A program made the translations under genes and the position numbers. 45,116 bases of DNA, taken from an uncultured Candidatus Bathyarchaeia archaeon. GTDB taxonomy: Archaea; Thermoproteota; Bathyarchaeia; 40CM-2-53-6; JALHTG01. The stretch lies in assembly GCA_964416035.1 (NCBI GenBank), contig CAYQCQ010000002.1, positions 1-45,116 on the forward strand. Reading direction: 5' to 3'. The notes under the pieces were generated by a model. That model did not search any database and had not been told where the DNA came from. It was given only the letters and a program-made list of their open reading frames with translations. Shown here piece by piece: positions 1 to 9,995 of the stretch (its first letter is position 1; each line of letters opens with the position of its first letter).

Positions 1-282
1 TATGCATCTGAAGAGGCTTTGAAGCATCATCGAACCATCCTCCTCGGTCTCCCTGGGCTGTGCACAATTGGAATCGGCAAACGGCAGGTCACTGCAAGAT
101 CGCTCCAACAGGGCGAACATGATGTCATAGGGTATGCTGAGGACAGCGCCGGTGTAATTCAGAAGGTGAGGATCAATGAATTCAACAATCCTGCGGTTCG
201 AGGCTTCAGGGTCCTTGGCATAAGAGCAACGGAACCTTGAAATTGCCTCAGGTGAAATCTGCGTTCTACAGTGTGACCGATA

Positions 283-771
283 ATGGAGCCAACACTTGAG
301 AAGATCAAAAAGACGATTTTGGCGATCGGGAACAAATACAAGATCAAGGTGCTAGCCATAGTTCTTTACGGTTCGAGAGCAAGGGGCGACTATTCTTTCG
401 GCAGCGACTACGACATCTTCACACTGATGGGAGACAAGACGACTCTTCTACAGTTTGTCCAGTTTTCCTCGGAGTTCAGGATGTCAGCCTACAAGCTAGG
501 CCCGATCAAGTTGTACGCATGTGCAAAGAAAGACTTCGTCAAGATGATGAATAGAAACCCGTTCCTCGGGGCTTTCTGCTTCATAATAGCGACCGAGGGA
601 AAGGCGATCTACGAGAAGGACAAAGAATTCCAGAAGCTGAAGCACCATGTGAGGAACCTACCGAAAAGTAAGAGAATATCCCTACTAAAGAAGTGCAAGA
701 GAATGAGCGAGCGCCTAGGCTCACCGAAATGGATTGAATATTGGAAGGCCAAACTAGCGGAGGAAAATTGA
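283..771 (+). CDS. Pol-beta-superfamily nucleotidyltransferase domain protein (MNT-like)
   Basis: 162-aa ORF. The N-terminal minimal nucleotidyltransferase signature is seen as 'LYGSRARGDYSFGSDYDIF' (G-S ... D-x-D). It ends in TGA. No HEPN partner was recognised nearby. Confidence 0.7.
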   Translation: MEPTLEKIKKTILAIGNKYKIKVLAIVLYGSRARGDYSFGSDYDIFTLMGDKTTLLQFVQFSSEFRMSAYKLGPIKLYACAKKDFVKMMNRNPFLGAFCFIIATEGKAIYEKDKEFQKLKHHVRNLPKSKRISLLKKCKRMSERLGSPKWIEYWKAKLAEEN

Positions 772-834
772 GGGAATTCAGAGCAGGAAGCCGAAGCGTT
801 CCGTGAGGAGGAGGCCAGTATAGAACCTGTCATC

Positions 835-1986
835 TTGATCTCCACACCTGAGATCATTCTCAAGAGCCCCTACGTCAGAGGCTCGCTGCAGAGAACCCTT
901 CTCGAACACCTCCGGTGGACCTTGAGACGTTCAGGTTTCGGAGACTTCAAGACAACAATCGACGCCGGAAGAATCGCAGTTTCCGGCCTCAACGACGTTC
1001 GTGCGGCTGAAACATGCTCCAAGGTATTCGGAGTGGCGGCCGCAATGAGCGCGGTCAAGCTACCCAGCGACCCGGCTAGGCTTAAAGAAGAGGTAACGAG
1101 GTACGCTGAGACTCGCATTTCGAAGGGCGATAGCTTTGCGGTCAGGGCTCACGTCGTGGGCTCCTATCCAGCCTCAAGCAAAGATATTGAGAGAGAAGCT
1201 GGAGCCGCCATCCTCACCCATCTTGGAAAGGATAACGTCACGGTGAACCTCGAAGATCCTGAGAAGACTATCTACGTCGAGGTCAGGGAAAAAACCGCTT
1301 ACCTTTACGATAAGCGCATCGCGGGATGCGGTGGCCTACCATATGGATCTCAGGGAAGACTTGTTGGAATGTTCTCGGGAGGCATTGACAGTCCGGTGGC
1401 ATCTTGGCTGATGATGAAGAGAGGTAGCCATGTCATTCCTATCTTCATGGACATGGCTCCCTACGCCGGAAGAGACTATGAGCAGAAAGCAATCGACGTG
1501 GCAAGAAAACTGAGAGAGTTCGCTCCGGTCAGCAAGTATCGAATGATCATCGCCCCTTTTGCCAAGATCTTGGATGCGATCTCAAGAGTGAAGGAAACAA
1601 GGTATAGATGCGTCCTCTGCAAGCGGATGATGTATAGAGTTGCATGCTCAATCGCCGATAAACAGCAGGCACTAGGAATAGTGACCGGAGAGAGTCTCGG
1701 ACAAGTGGCCTCTCAAACACTCTTGAATCTATCGACAATCAGTGAAGCTGCGTGGCGGCCTATCTATCGACCTTTGATTGGCCTGGATAAGATGGAGATT
1801 CAGGCTCTGGCTCAGCGAATAGGTACCTACGACGTGTCAATACGAAAGGTTCATGGCTGTACCTTCGTACCTCAAAAACCTGCGACATCTGCGAAACTTC
1901 AGACGATAGCGAGCATCGAGAAGGACCTCCAGATTGACATTCTTGTCCAAGACGCCTTGAAGAGGCTGAAGAAGATAGACCTGTAA
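835..1986 (+). CDS. thiI: tRNA 4-thiouridine synthase / thiamine sulfur-carrier ATPase ThiI (THUMP + PP-loop)
   Basis: 383-aa ORF with the PP-loop 'SGGIDSPVA' and a THUMP-like N-terminal half. The TTG at 835 falls inside the conserved first strand ('EPVILISTPEIILKS'). The true start may be the in-frame ATA at 820, which follows a GAGGAGGAGG motif. Confidence 0.9.
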   Translation: MISTPEIILKSPYVRGSLQRTLLEHLRWTLRRSGFGDFKTTIDAGRIAVSGLNDVRAAETCSKVFGVAAAMSAVKLPSDPARLKEEVTRYAETRISKGDSFAVRAHVVGSYPASSKDIEREAGAAILTHLGKDNVTVNLEDPEKTIYVEVREKTAYLYDKRIAGCGGLPYGSQGRLVGMFSGGIDSPVASWLMMKRGSHVIPIFMDMAPYAGRDYEQKAIDVARKLREFAPVSKYRMIIAPFAKILDAISRVKETRYRCVLCKRMMYRVACSIADKQQALGIVTGESLGQVASQTLLNLSTISEAAWRPIYRPLIGLDKMEIQALAQRIGTYDVSIRKVHGCTFVPQKPATSAKLQTIASIEKDLQIDILVQDALKRLKKIDL

Positions 1987-1989
1987 CAG

Positions 1990-2856
1990 TCACCGCCGAC
2001 TCAGACTTCTCACTTCTAGGCTCACGTCAAGCGCTTTGGCGCTGTGTGTCAGAGAGCCTAGGCTCAATATGTCTACACCTGAACTAGCGAACTCCGAAAT
2101 GTTTGTTTCGTCAATTCCGCCGCTTGCTTCAAGAACTAGGCCCTTTCTTATGCCCCTGCGTTCCAGCAGCTGTATCGCCGCCTTGATCAAGCTGGGGCTC
2201 ATATTGTCAAACATCAATATGTCAGCTCCAGCCTCAGCCGCCTCGATAGCCTCGTCAGCAGAAGTGACCTCGACCTCAATCTTCTTCGTGAAAGATCCTC
2301 TTTTCGCTCTCCGTACCGCTTCTCTGATACTTCCTGCTAACACCTTGTGGTTGTCTTTGATCAAGATTAGGTCGTCTAGGTGCAGCCTATGAAGATCTCC
2401 GCCGCCGATCATGACTGCTCGCTTGTCAAAATACAGACTGCCCGGAGCTACCTTTCTGGTTGAGACCACTTTGACTGAGGGATTGGCATCGGATGCTGCG
2501 TCTTGAAGGCTGCTGGTCTTTGTGGCGATTCCACTCATTCGAGATATGATATTCAGCAATGTCCTCTCAACGGTTAAGAGGTCTCTGGCGTTGCCCTCGA
2601 TATGCATCAGAATTGCACCCGACTTGATGGTAGCACCATCAAGAACCAACAGTTTGCTCGTAAGGCCCATTGCTTCAAGCAAGATCTGGGCTTCATCGAG
2701 CCCGGCCACGACGCCGCTTTCTTTGGCTATGATATCCGCTCTAGCAAGGGCGTTCTGCGGAATCACGAGCTGAGAAGTAATGTCTGCCTGCCCGACATCT
2801 TCCTTGAGAAAAGCCAGAAGTTTCTCCTTTACAAGCGCTCTCGGCATGCTCAGCAA
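1990..2856 (-). CDS. nadC: Nicotinate-nucleotide pyrophosphorylase (quinolinate phosphoribosyltransferase)
   Basis: 288 aa with a typical NadC N-terminus 'LLAFLKEDVGQADITS'. The C-terminal TIM-barrel segments 'IEVEV', 'ADILMFDN' and 'LEASGGI' are present. It overlaps the upstream gene by 7 nt. Confidence 0.9.
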   Translation of the reverse strand: MLSMPRALVKEKLLAFLKEDVGQADITSQLVIPQNALARADIIAKESGVVAGLDEAQILLEAMGLTSKLLVLDGATIKSGAILMHIEGNARDLLTVERTLLNIISRMSGIATKTSSLQDAASDANPSVKVVSTRKVAPGSLYFDKRAVMIGGGDLHRLHLDDLILIKDNHKVLAGSIREAVRRAKRGSFTKKIEVEVTSADEAIEAAEAGADILMFDNMSPSLIKAAIQLLERRGIRKGLVLEASGGIDETNISEFASSGVDILSLGSLTHSAKALDVSLEVRSLSRR

Positions 2857-4073
2857 GTGCTACCGCCTTCCTGTGATAACTCTGTCACCGCGGCAATTAT
2901 TCTTTCTAGACCGTTCATCCCACGTGTAAGATCTCGAATCTCAGCGGCATGCCTTGCATATTCTGGGGAGTTGAGCATACGGTCGATCGTCGAACCAAGG
3001 AGATCAGCTGTTAGCTCGTCTGCGGCTAGGACCGTAGCTACACCGAGTTCGGACGCTCTACGAGCATTGCTTAGCTGCTCTGGATGATCGGGAATAGGGA
3101 TAATCAATAGTGGCTTCGCATATGCCAATGAGCTTAGGACAGTCATGTGTCCCGCACGACTCACGACCAGGTCACAGGCTTCAAGATACTCATCAAGGCC
3201 AAATATCCAATCGTAGATTCTTAGATTGCCTTTCCTTTCCGCCTCAGTTGAGCCTGACACTCTCCCCCTAGACATGACTATCCGATACCTGTCAGACAGT
3301 TCTTCCAGAATCTTCTCGACGCGCCCAGTGAAGCCGTATCCTTCTTCGAGCGAAACGCTAAGAGGCACTAGGATCAGAGGCATGCCCGAGGCGCAGTCAG
3401 GTCGGTCTTCTGCAGCGCGCATGGAGGAGTTGCTGCGCGATGTGCTTAGAAGAGGGCCTATGAACTCCACCTTTCGGACGCACCTCTTGGGAATCGAGAG
3501 ATTGTCGGAAGATATTGTATGCGGAGGCGGAAGGTCTGGAATCAGAATCTTGTCCGCAAAAGACCAAAACCAGCTAATCACTACGCTGACGAACCACCAG
3601 ACGACGTTAGCGATGAGGAAGAAGGCCCTGTCAAGAGGCCTCATGCGAACTCTGCTGGGCCTTCTGGCTATCCTAATTTTGAACTCGTTCAGTATAACTA
3701 TGCTGGGAACTCTAAGGAGCCTCGCAGCTATGAGAGATGATGGTCTCGAATCAGAAATCACCAGAGTAGGTCTGAAGTGCTGAATGTTCCTTATTTCGGC
3801 TATGATCTGCCGTATTATGGACCAGAGCCCTCGAAAGAAGCCAGGCGATGTGGCCGCAGTCAGCTTGAAGTCAACCCTGCCCTCGCTATTCGTCTTCAAC
3901 CACAGAGGAACTGTCTCTACAGTTGTATAGCCCAGTCTCCGCGCATATTCCAGTCCGCTCGAATACGTTGAGACAAGCACGGACCAGTCACGTTCAACAA
4001 GTGCATCGACGATCGTTTTGCAGCGAGATACGTGCCCTACTCCCATCCCGCAGGGAGACAAGTAAACCCTCAT
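2850..4073 (-). CDS. Glycosyltransferase, GT-B fold (MurG/UDP-glycosyltransferase-like, MJ1255-type)
   Basis: 407 aa. The N-terminus '[18 protein letters not shown]' and the C-terminal '[30 protein letters not shown]' match the nucleotide-sugar binding half of GT1/GT28 enzymes. It overlaps the upstream gene by 4 nt, consistent with an operon. Confidence 0.7.
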   Translation of the reverse strand: MRVYLSPCGMGVGHVSRCKTIVDALVERDWSVLVSTYSSGLEYARRLGYTTVETVPLWLKTNSEGRVDFKLTAATSPGFFRGLWSIIRQIIAEIRNIQHFRPTLVISDSRPSSLIAARLLRVPSIVILNEFKIRIARRPSRVRMRPLDRAFFLIANVVWWFVSVVISWFWSFADKILIPDLPPPHTISSDNLSIPKRCVRKVEFIGPLLSTSRSNSSMRAAEDRPDCASGMPLILVPLSVSLEEGYGFTGRVEKILEELSDRYRIVMSRGRVSGSTEAERKGNLRIYDWIFGLDEYLEACDLVVSRAGHMTVLSSLAYAKPLLIIPIPDHPEQLSNARRASELGVATVLAADELTADLLGSTIDRMLNSPEYARHAAEIRDLTRGMNGLERIIAAVTELSQEGGSTC

Positions 4074-4708
4074 CCGGACCCTCCAGGCTCCAGTGGTCGA
4101 GGCGTGACCTGTCCGCCGGGCTTGTCTTCTTGGAATATGATCGCCTGGAACTTCAATATCTTTGCCCCTTCAACAAGCCAAGCGTCGGGAGACAGTCCGG
4201 CCTTGAGACAACATTGAGACAGGAACTCTTCCTCATCCCAGCCCCATTCAAGAGGAACCTGGGGCAACAACAATCCCCTATATGCCCCTCTCTCTACGAT
4301 AAGACCATCCCTACCTACCTTGATCTTCTCCGGGTAGGTCCGAGGATCAGAAACTTCAACAAGTTCGGGAGGCGCCAAGACGCTTACCTCCACGACGACC
4401 TCACTTTGAAACTCCTTCAAGGAGACAGGGCTGAACCTCGGATCACCAGTAGCAGCCTCGATTGCGGAACGCATCGTGGCCTCAATGAGAGGATAGTCAG
4501 GCATCGGAAAACCTATGCAACCCCTCAGCTCATGGCCATTCCTGACGCTGTTCAATGTGACAAAGACGCCGCACTTCTCATTCAGCTTCGTTGGCGTATC
4601 CGATGGGATTGGGGGCATTTTTCCAGACTTAAGAAAAGCGGTTATGGTGTTCCTCGCAAGTTGAACAAGATACTTGCCATCTTCAGTTGTGAGATCAAAC
4701 AACGCCAC
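4070..4708 (-). CDS. AMMECR1 domain protein
   Basis: 212 aa with the AMMECR1 hallmark 'LRGCIGFP' and the downstream 'GLLLPQV' motif. Confidence 0.9.
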   Translation of the reverse strand: MALFDLTTEDGKYLVQLARNTITAFLKSGKMPPIPSDTPTKLNEKCGVFVTLNSVRNGHELRGCIGFPMPDYPLIEATMRSAIEAATGDPRFSPVSLKEFQSEVVVEVSVLAPPELVEVSDPRTYPEKIKVGRDGLIVERGAYRGLLLPQVPLEWGWDEEEFLSQCCLKAGLSPDAWLVEGAKILKFQAIIFQEDKPGGQVTPRPLEPGGSG

Positions 4709-5191
4709 TCACCTCACCCTAGCTAGCCTCTCAGCCTTGGACAGATGCTCACCTATCTTCTTCCAGTGACTGCCTTGCCAGTATATCTTCCCACAGTCCC
4801 TATTTGTGCACTCCCAAAACTCATTGAATACTTCGTATGTGGAAGGGGGAACTCTCTCTTTCACCTGTTCCTTCTTCACTGGTCGGATTGTCGCATTGCA
4901 GGTTGGACATCGGGAAGTCGCTGTATCAATGTTGAGGTCGATCCTGAATCTCTTAGCTATTCGTGCGAGCCTCTCAGCCTCGGTTCCACCTTTAACCAGA
5001 AACGCGTCTGCCCCGTCAGCAACAGCCCTCCTATAGAGCTCGACATCACTAGTCAGCAGGATTCTTGCCTCTGTGACGGCTCTCCTTATCAGCTCATTAT
5101 CCGTCAAGTCTCTTGAATACACGACATCGTTTCCAATCAACCTAAGCCATCTGGCGAGGCGGCCCACCATTCCGTCGGCGATAAACTTCAA
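4709..5191 (-). CDS. Mut7-C RNase domain protein (PIN-like fold + C-terminal zinc ribbon)
   Basis: 160 aa. N-terminus is 'MKFIADGMVGRLARWLRLIGNDV'. The C-terminal Cys pairs 'CPTCN ... CTNRDCGKIYWQGSHW' are typical of this family. Confidence 0.8.
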   Translation of the reverse strand: MKFIADGMVGRLARWLRLIGNDVVYSRDLTDNELIRRAVTEARILLTSDVELYRRAVADGADAFLVKGGTEAERLARIAKRFRIDLNIDTATSRCPTCNATIRPVKKEQVKERVPPSTYEVFNEFWECTNRDCGKIYWQGSHWKKIGEHLSKAERLARVR

Positions 5192-5248
5192 TTCGTACTC
5201 ACAGCTCTTCGGTTCTTTTTGACTGGCAGACAGGCAGGTACATAGAGT

Positions 5249-6592
5249 TCAGCCTGCCGTCTTCGGATAGATGATCGATCCCATTCCCGGTTCTCCCACA
5301 ATTCTGCCCTCATCGTAGACAACCTTGCCGGCAACAAACGTCTTGATGACTTTCCCTGTCACTCTTCGGCCGTCGAATGGGGAGTATTTCGCTTTCGAAA
5401 AGAATCTAGAGGAGTCTATCTTGAACCTACGTTTCATATCAACAAGAATGATGTCGGCAACTCCACCCTCTCTCAGTTCGCCACGATTGATTCCGAAGAT
5501 CCTAGCCGGTGATTCAGCGAGCGCCTCAACGACTCTTTTCAGAGATATCGTTCCTTCCGCGACTTCTGTAAGTAGCAGTGGCGCCGTGGTTTCGAGGCCA
5601 GGTATTCCAGGAGGAATCTCCCACCAATTGGCCCGTGTCTTCTCCTGTATTGAGTGAGGCGCATGGTCGCTTGCCACTATGTCTGCGATCCTGCTCCTAA
5701 CGGCCTCGAATAGCTTTCTCGCGGTCTCCCTTTTTCTTAAGGGAGGATCCATAATGCTGACTCCACCTAGCTTGGATGATGACTCCTCGCTCAGAAACAT
5801 GTGGTGAGGAGTGATTTCATAGGTCACATGCCTTCCTTCACGTTTCGCCTTCTGAATTAGCCTGAGAGAACTGACTGAGCTGATGTGGCAGAAATGGATC
5901 CTTGCGCTTCGCTTCGTTGCGCACCCGAGCACTCTCGCCACCGCGGCGTCCTCAGCCTCGGGAGGATGAGCCCTGTAATATGATCGAAGAGAAGTGTTGT
6001 CCTTGAGCCTGCTCTCAAGCTCACTCACTACTCTGCCCTCCTCCGCGTGAAAGATCACGATCTTTCCGATCGCTGTTGCCCTATCAATCAAAGACCTGAG
6101 CGAAACGTCGTCAGTTGGCAGGCTACTCCACTGTTTCACCAAGTTGATCTTGTATCCCATCGCCAAGTCTTTAGATTCTGTGACTGCGTCTAGACTTGAG
6201 GGAACAACATTGAAGCCCACGTTGACAACGATCTTTCGTTTGGCTAGATCCATCTTCTCTTTGAGGCGTTCGGCGCTATCTGTCACTGGACTTGTGTTTG
6301 GCATGTCGATCAGAGTTGTGAAGCCACCTGCCGCTGCGGCGCTGGTTCCAGAGAGGTAGTCTTCTTTGTATGACTGCTGCAAATCCCTTAGGTGTACGTG
6401 AACGTCTATCAGGCCTGGAAGTGCGACGAGACCTCTTGCCTCAACTGTCTCTGCACCTGTCGGAAGAGCGGCCTCTTTTCCAAGCTTGACGATCTTGCCG
6501 TCGGCGACTGATATGCTCCCCTCTATCAACCGGCCATTTTGGTATGTCCTGACGCCCAAGATATTGATGATATCAGAGCTTGAGGATGACAC
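5249..6592 (-). CDS. pyrC: Dihydroorotase (cyclic amidohydrolase superfamily)
   Basis: 447 aa with a GTG start. Metal-binding motifs 'DVHVHLRD', 'FCHISS' and 'ASDHAPH' are present. I cannot fully exclude allantoinase or dihydropyrimidinase without a search. Confidence 0.75.
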   Translation of the reverse strand: MSSSSSDIINILGVRTYQNGRLIEGSISVADGKIVKLGKEAALPTGAETVEARGLVALPGLIDVHVHLRDLQQSYKEDYLSGTSAAAAGGFTTLIDMPNTSPVTDSAERLKEKMDLAKRKIVVNVGFNVVPSSLDAVTESKDLAMGYKINLVKQWSSLPTDDVSLRSLIDRATAIGKIVIFHAEEGRVVSELESRLKDNTSLRSYYRAHPPEAEDAAVARVLGCATKRSARIHFCHISSVSSLRLIQKAKREGRHVTYEITPHHMFLSEESSSKLGGVSIMDPPLRKRETARKLFEAVRSRIADIVASDHAPHSIQEKTRANWWEIPPGIPGLETTAPLLLTEVAEGTISLKRVVEALAESPARIFGINRGELREGGVADIILVDMKRRFKIDSSRFFSKAKYSPFDGRRVTGKVIKTFVAGKVVYDEGRIVGEPGMGSIIYPKTAG

Positions 6593-6658
6593 TCTACAGT
6601 AACCCGCCTGGCTACGCTTGCAGCCTTACAATCAGCAGCTTTCTCATGAAAAAAGAAC

Positions 6659-7231
6659 CTAGTATTGCTTAACCTCCTCTTCAAGGTCGGACAGGCAATC
6701 ATTACAAAGAAACTTCCCGTCGCTCTCCTTCAGGTTTTCTGACCAGCCTCCACATTGGCCGCAATATCCCGCGAGGCCGACCCTTTCACGTTCGGGGATC
6801 GCGCCTATACGCGACTTCTCGGTTGCCAAGTCGATAAGAGCCGGAGTTATCCTGAGGATGTCTGAGCTTGACACGATTCCAGCTAGCTTTCCTCCGTCTA
6901 GGACTGCAAGCCTTTCGACGCGTGACGCTCTCATCTTCCTCATGGCGTCGGTTATCTCTGTCGCCAAGTCGACTGTCATCAACGGCTTGCTCATGATCTC
7001 TGATGCCTTCACCTTTGCCGAAACCAGATTCTTTGAGGCAACTCTCCTCACGATATCTCGTTCAGTTATGATTCCGAGCGGGTGCTTCTTCTTGCTCACG
7101 ACTATTATGCTACCGATGTTGTGTTTGACCATTAACTGAGAAACCAGCGCTGCTGATTCCGATTCGTCAACAGTGATAACGGGAGAGGACATCACATCCT
7201 TTACTTTGACCTCGCGGCTTGCCTCGGACAT
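6659..7231 (-). CDS. CBS-domain pair protein with C-terminal zinc ribbon
   Basis: 190 aa with two CBS repeats ('VMSSPVITV...GIITERDIV', 'IMSKPLMTV...GIVSSSDIL'). The C-terminus carries 'CGQCGG...CNDC'. Confidence 0.8.
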   Translation of the reverse strand: MSEASREVKVKDVMSSPVITVDESESAALVSQLMVKHNIGSIIVVSKKKHPLGIITERDIVRRVASKNLVSAKVKASEIMSKPLMTVDLATEITDAMRKMRASRVERLAVLDGGKLAGIVSSSDILRITPALIDLATEKSRIGAIPERERVGLAGYCGQCGGWSENLKESDGKFLCNDCLSDLEEEVKQY

Positions 7232-7290
7232 CTTTGATCCCGTCGTTTGAGACTGAGTCGGAGGGATATTAAGAGTTTCTGCGTGAACGG

Positions 7291-9414
7291 CTACTTCAGA
7301 GGGACGATATCACTAGGCCCAGGCGGAAGAAACTCAAACACTCGGTCAGCGCCCAGCGATTTAACTTGCGATTCGAGCTTCAGTTTCCTCGAAAGCTCGA
7401 ACATTATCCTTTTCGCAAGGTTCTGACGGGCAGTCGCTCCTGGAACGGCCTCAATATAGGCTGCCGCATGCGTTCGAACTGCGCTTGGCGGTCCTCCAAT
7501 GATTCTGACACCATCTTCATTGATCTGTATACCTACAGCGAGGCGGAGCTCCACTCCTTTCACATAGTTTCTCTTCCCTGTGACCATGAAGGCTCCCCTT
7601 GTCAGATACTGACCTGATGGAGCTTTCTTGCTCACTTGCTCCGGACGTACCCAGAAAGCGTCCCCTGAGGCGACTTTTTGCGCCCACATCTTACTGTTTG
7701 AAACGGCGAGCTGCGCTGCCTCCAGAATCGTTGAGTCCGTGGGAGTTTTTCCGTCAGTTTTTATCACAACGAATGGTGCCCCATGAGCATCTGCATGAAG
7801 AACGATGTCGGATGAGACGGCGTGCTTTTTGATCAGCACCTCGTTGGTTGTTGCATCTCTTCCTCCTAAAACCAGAAAGCCCTCAGAGGAGACGAACCAT
7901 CGAAACTTCTCGTACCACGCCCTTTCTCTTCTTTTCCTCAGACTCAACGAGACCTCACTCTGCTCTTTGTCACTTGCAATAGTCTTTAGTCTGGCAGATG
8001 TCTGCTCCATCGCCTTGCGAAGACCAGCCATTTTCTCCTTTGCTTTCTTGGCTGCGTGGAAGTACCTGTTAGCTTCGTCTTGAGCTCTTCGTGCGAGGCC
8101 TAGACTTACATCTGTCTTCTCTATTTCAAGATGAAGAATCCCTCTGTTGAGGTCAATTGACTTGACCTGAGTGGGAATATGCCTTTCTGTTATGGATTTC
8201 TGAACTTCAGGCAATATCTTCTCGTAGTCAAGTCCTGCCTCTTTCCTTGCCAAGAGTTCGGCTGTGACTTGTTGGATGTGATGAAGGTTCTTGATGATCA
8301 GCTGGCCCTTGAGGTTGTTCTCCTCTATTGCTCGACTGAGGTTTTCAAGCTGCCTCTCCTGCATATCTCTGACACGAACCAGTCTCTGCTCCCCTTTCAG
8401 AACTGCTTCCCTCTTCTCGGCGATTATGGTTCGACCCTTCTGGGCAGTGAAGTACTCGTCTGCTGCTTCATTGAAGGTGGCGAACGTTGTCTGGGGGCTA
8501 TGCTCGTATGATCTGAGAGGAAGAGGAGCTATGTCATACGGCTCTGCCCTATCGCTGAGAACAATCGCGGGAGTGAAATTGCGGCTCGCAAGTTCCGACT
8601 GCAAACGCTGTAAGGTTTTGTAGATGCTGGATAGATCTTCGTCTGCAAGCTCATTCGCAGGGACATCTTTCAGTCCGGAACGAAGCAGAATTTCCTTGGC
8701 CAGAAACCCTCCTATGGAGAGCGTCATGACAAGGGCCTTTGTCGCTGGAATCGAGCCGCGTGTCTTGACACTCGACAGTTCGTCCAAGGATAGCTTGAGC
8801 GGATTCAAGCCAGAAGACGGTGCATGCTTGAAGATCTCGCCTCTAACGATGTTTCTGTCGCGCATACGGACGTAAGATAGCGCCAGAGAGATCGTTCCAG
8901 ATCCATCCACGACCACGAGGCTTCCTCTTCGGAAGAACTCCACAATCACTTGGTAGGCCTGTTCGCCAGTTTCGACATGTAGAATGACCGTTCGTTCAAA
9001 CTCATGTTGTTGAATGTTGATTACACGTCCTCCTCTGAGGCGCTTTCTCAGGGCCATGCAGAACTGCGATGGCTCTCTTGGAACCTGAACCTCATACTTC
9101 GTCAGGTGGATTCTCCTGCCCACCTCAATTATGAGGTTAAGGTCGCCAGGTCTCAGCTTGAAAAGAAAGGTCTTACTGTCGATTTGATAAATGTTATCTA
9201 GATATTTCTCCTTAATGAGGGATTCCAGCTCAAGAATGATGGTTGCTATGTCCAGACTCGACATCTCAAGCTTCAAGTCCGCCAATCCTCCTTCGGAAAC
9301 CCCTGCCCGTCGGACAATAAGGCCCTCAAGCGTTGTATATTGGTCTAGATTCGGGTTGGCTATGGTTGCCGCTCTGATATGCTTTGTCCTGCGTCTCAAA
9401 GGAGAAGTGGGCAT
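7291..9414 (-). CDS. NFACT-family protein (Rqc2/FbpA homologue, ribosome quality control; NFACT-N + coiled coil + NFACT-R/DUF814)
   Basis: 707-aa ORF. The conserved family N-terminus 'MSSLDIATIILELESLI' begins at Met51 (nt 9264), so the first 50 codons may not be translated. The C-terminal 'WFVSSEGFLVLGGRDATTNEVLIKKH' is the DUF814-type segment. Confidence 0.85.
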   Translation of the reverse strand: MPTSPLRRRTKHIRAATIANPNLDQYTTLEGLIVRRAGVSEGGLADLKLEMSSLDIATIILELESLIKEKYLDNIYQIDSKTFLFKLRPGDLNLIIEVGRRIHLTKYEVQVPREPSQFCMALRKRLRGGRVINIQQHEFERTVILHVETGEQAYQVIVEFFRRGSLVVVDGSGTISLALSYVRMRDRNIVRGEIFKHAPSSGLNPLKLSLDELSSVKTRGSIPATKALVMTLSIGGFLAKEILLRSGLKDVPANELADEDLSSIYKTLQRLQSELASRNFTPAIVLSDRAEPYDIAPLPLRSYEHSPQTTFATFNEAADEYFTAQKGRTIIAEKREAVLKGEQRLVRVRDMQERQLENLSRAIEENNLKGQLIIKNLHHIQQVTAELLARKEAGLDYEKILPEVQKSITERHIPTQVKSIDLNRGILHLEIEKTDVSLGLARRAQDEANRYFHAAKKAKEKMAGLRKAMEQTSARLKTIASDKEQSEVSLSLRKRRERAWYEKFRWFVSSEGFLVLGGRDATTNEVLIKKHAVSSDIVLHADAHGAPFVVIKTDGKTPTDSTILEAAQLAVSNSKMWAQKVASGDAFWVRPEQVSKKAPSGQYLTRGAFMVTGKRNYVKGVELRLAVGIQINEDGVRIIGGPPSAVRTHAAAYIEAVPGATARQNLAKRIMFELSRKLKLESQVKSLGADRVFEFLPPGPSDIVPLK

Positions 9415-9586
9415 TGCGGTTGCTTTCGTGATCTATGTCTCTTCGTATTTTCTCTTCAGGTATGGCTTCAAGTATGGAGAGGGACAGTTGAAGGGAAAGT
9501 ACAGATCGGTTTCGCTGGGATCCGGCACATTCATCTTTGTCTGGGCGGCAGTCTGGATACTCTTGTTCACGCTTAGCCCCTATTAG
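9362..9586 (+). CDS. Possible small two-helix membrane protein
   Basis: 74-codon subset of track ORF 9191..9586, reading 'MVAALICFVLRL...VAFVIYVSSYFLF...GTFIFVWAAVWILLFTL'. It is only plausible if the NFACT gene starts at 9264. No homology was recognised. Confidence 0.25.
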   Translation: MVAALICFVLRLKGEVGIAVAFVIYVSSYFLFRYGFKYGEGQLKGKYRSVSLGSGTFIFVWAAVWILLFTLSPY

Positions 9587-9993
9587 GTTGCTGCAGACTC
9601 TTTCGCCGTTGAATCCTTCTTAGTTCCTCGCCTAGATTGTTGGCTGCGCCACGGTCTAAGCTTGCCAACAGCTCTCATGAAATCGGTGAGCGCTGAGAAG
9701 TATCCCTTGTCATAGTCGGCGTGAAGTGGACTGGCCGCTTGTTCGCTGAATTCTTTCTTCAGAGCCTCAACATTCTTGTTGGTGAGTTCAACATTGGCCA
9801 AGTAAAGGTACCTGTCGTTGCTCGATCGATAGGTCAGTAATAGCCCCTCTAGGCCCTTGAGGTATCCTGTTTCTTGCTTTGACTGGCCTAGGGCCTGCTT
9901 GACCTCCTCGAGCTTCTTCTCGGCCTCGCCGAACCTTCTCTCCATTATGAATTGGAAGTACTGGGAGACCGCGTTCCTTGATCCTTCGGCCAT
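9583..9993 (-). CDS. Hypothetical helical protein, co-transcribed with radA
   Basis: 136-aa ORF whose ATG lies 2 nt after the radA stop. No motif was recognised. The C-terminal tail is basic. Confidence 0.55.
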   Translation of the reverse strand: MAEGSRNAVSQYFQFIMERRFGEAEKKLEEVKQALGQSKQETGYLKGLEGLLLTYRSSNDRYLYLANVELTNKNVEALKKEFSEQAASPLHADYDKGYFSALTDFMRAVGKLRPWRSQQSRRGTKKDSTAKESAAT

Positions 9994-9995
9994 CG

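Noticed and set aside
1-240. Partial ORF at the left edge. The plus frame is open from nt 1 to TGA 238-240 (track ORF 19..240). A minus frame is also open from about nt 350 to nt 1.
   Set aside because: Neither translation shows a motif I recognise, and both frames are open, so I cannot decide which strand, if either, codes. I looked for a HEPN partner for the adjacent nucleotidyltransferase and did not find one.
283-771. HEPN-MNT toxin-antitoxin or defence module.
   Set aside because: Only the nucleotidyltransferase half is recognisable. No HEPN (Rx4-6H) ORF is adjacent, so a TA or defence call is unsupported.
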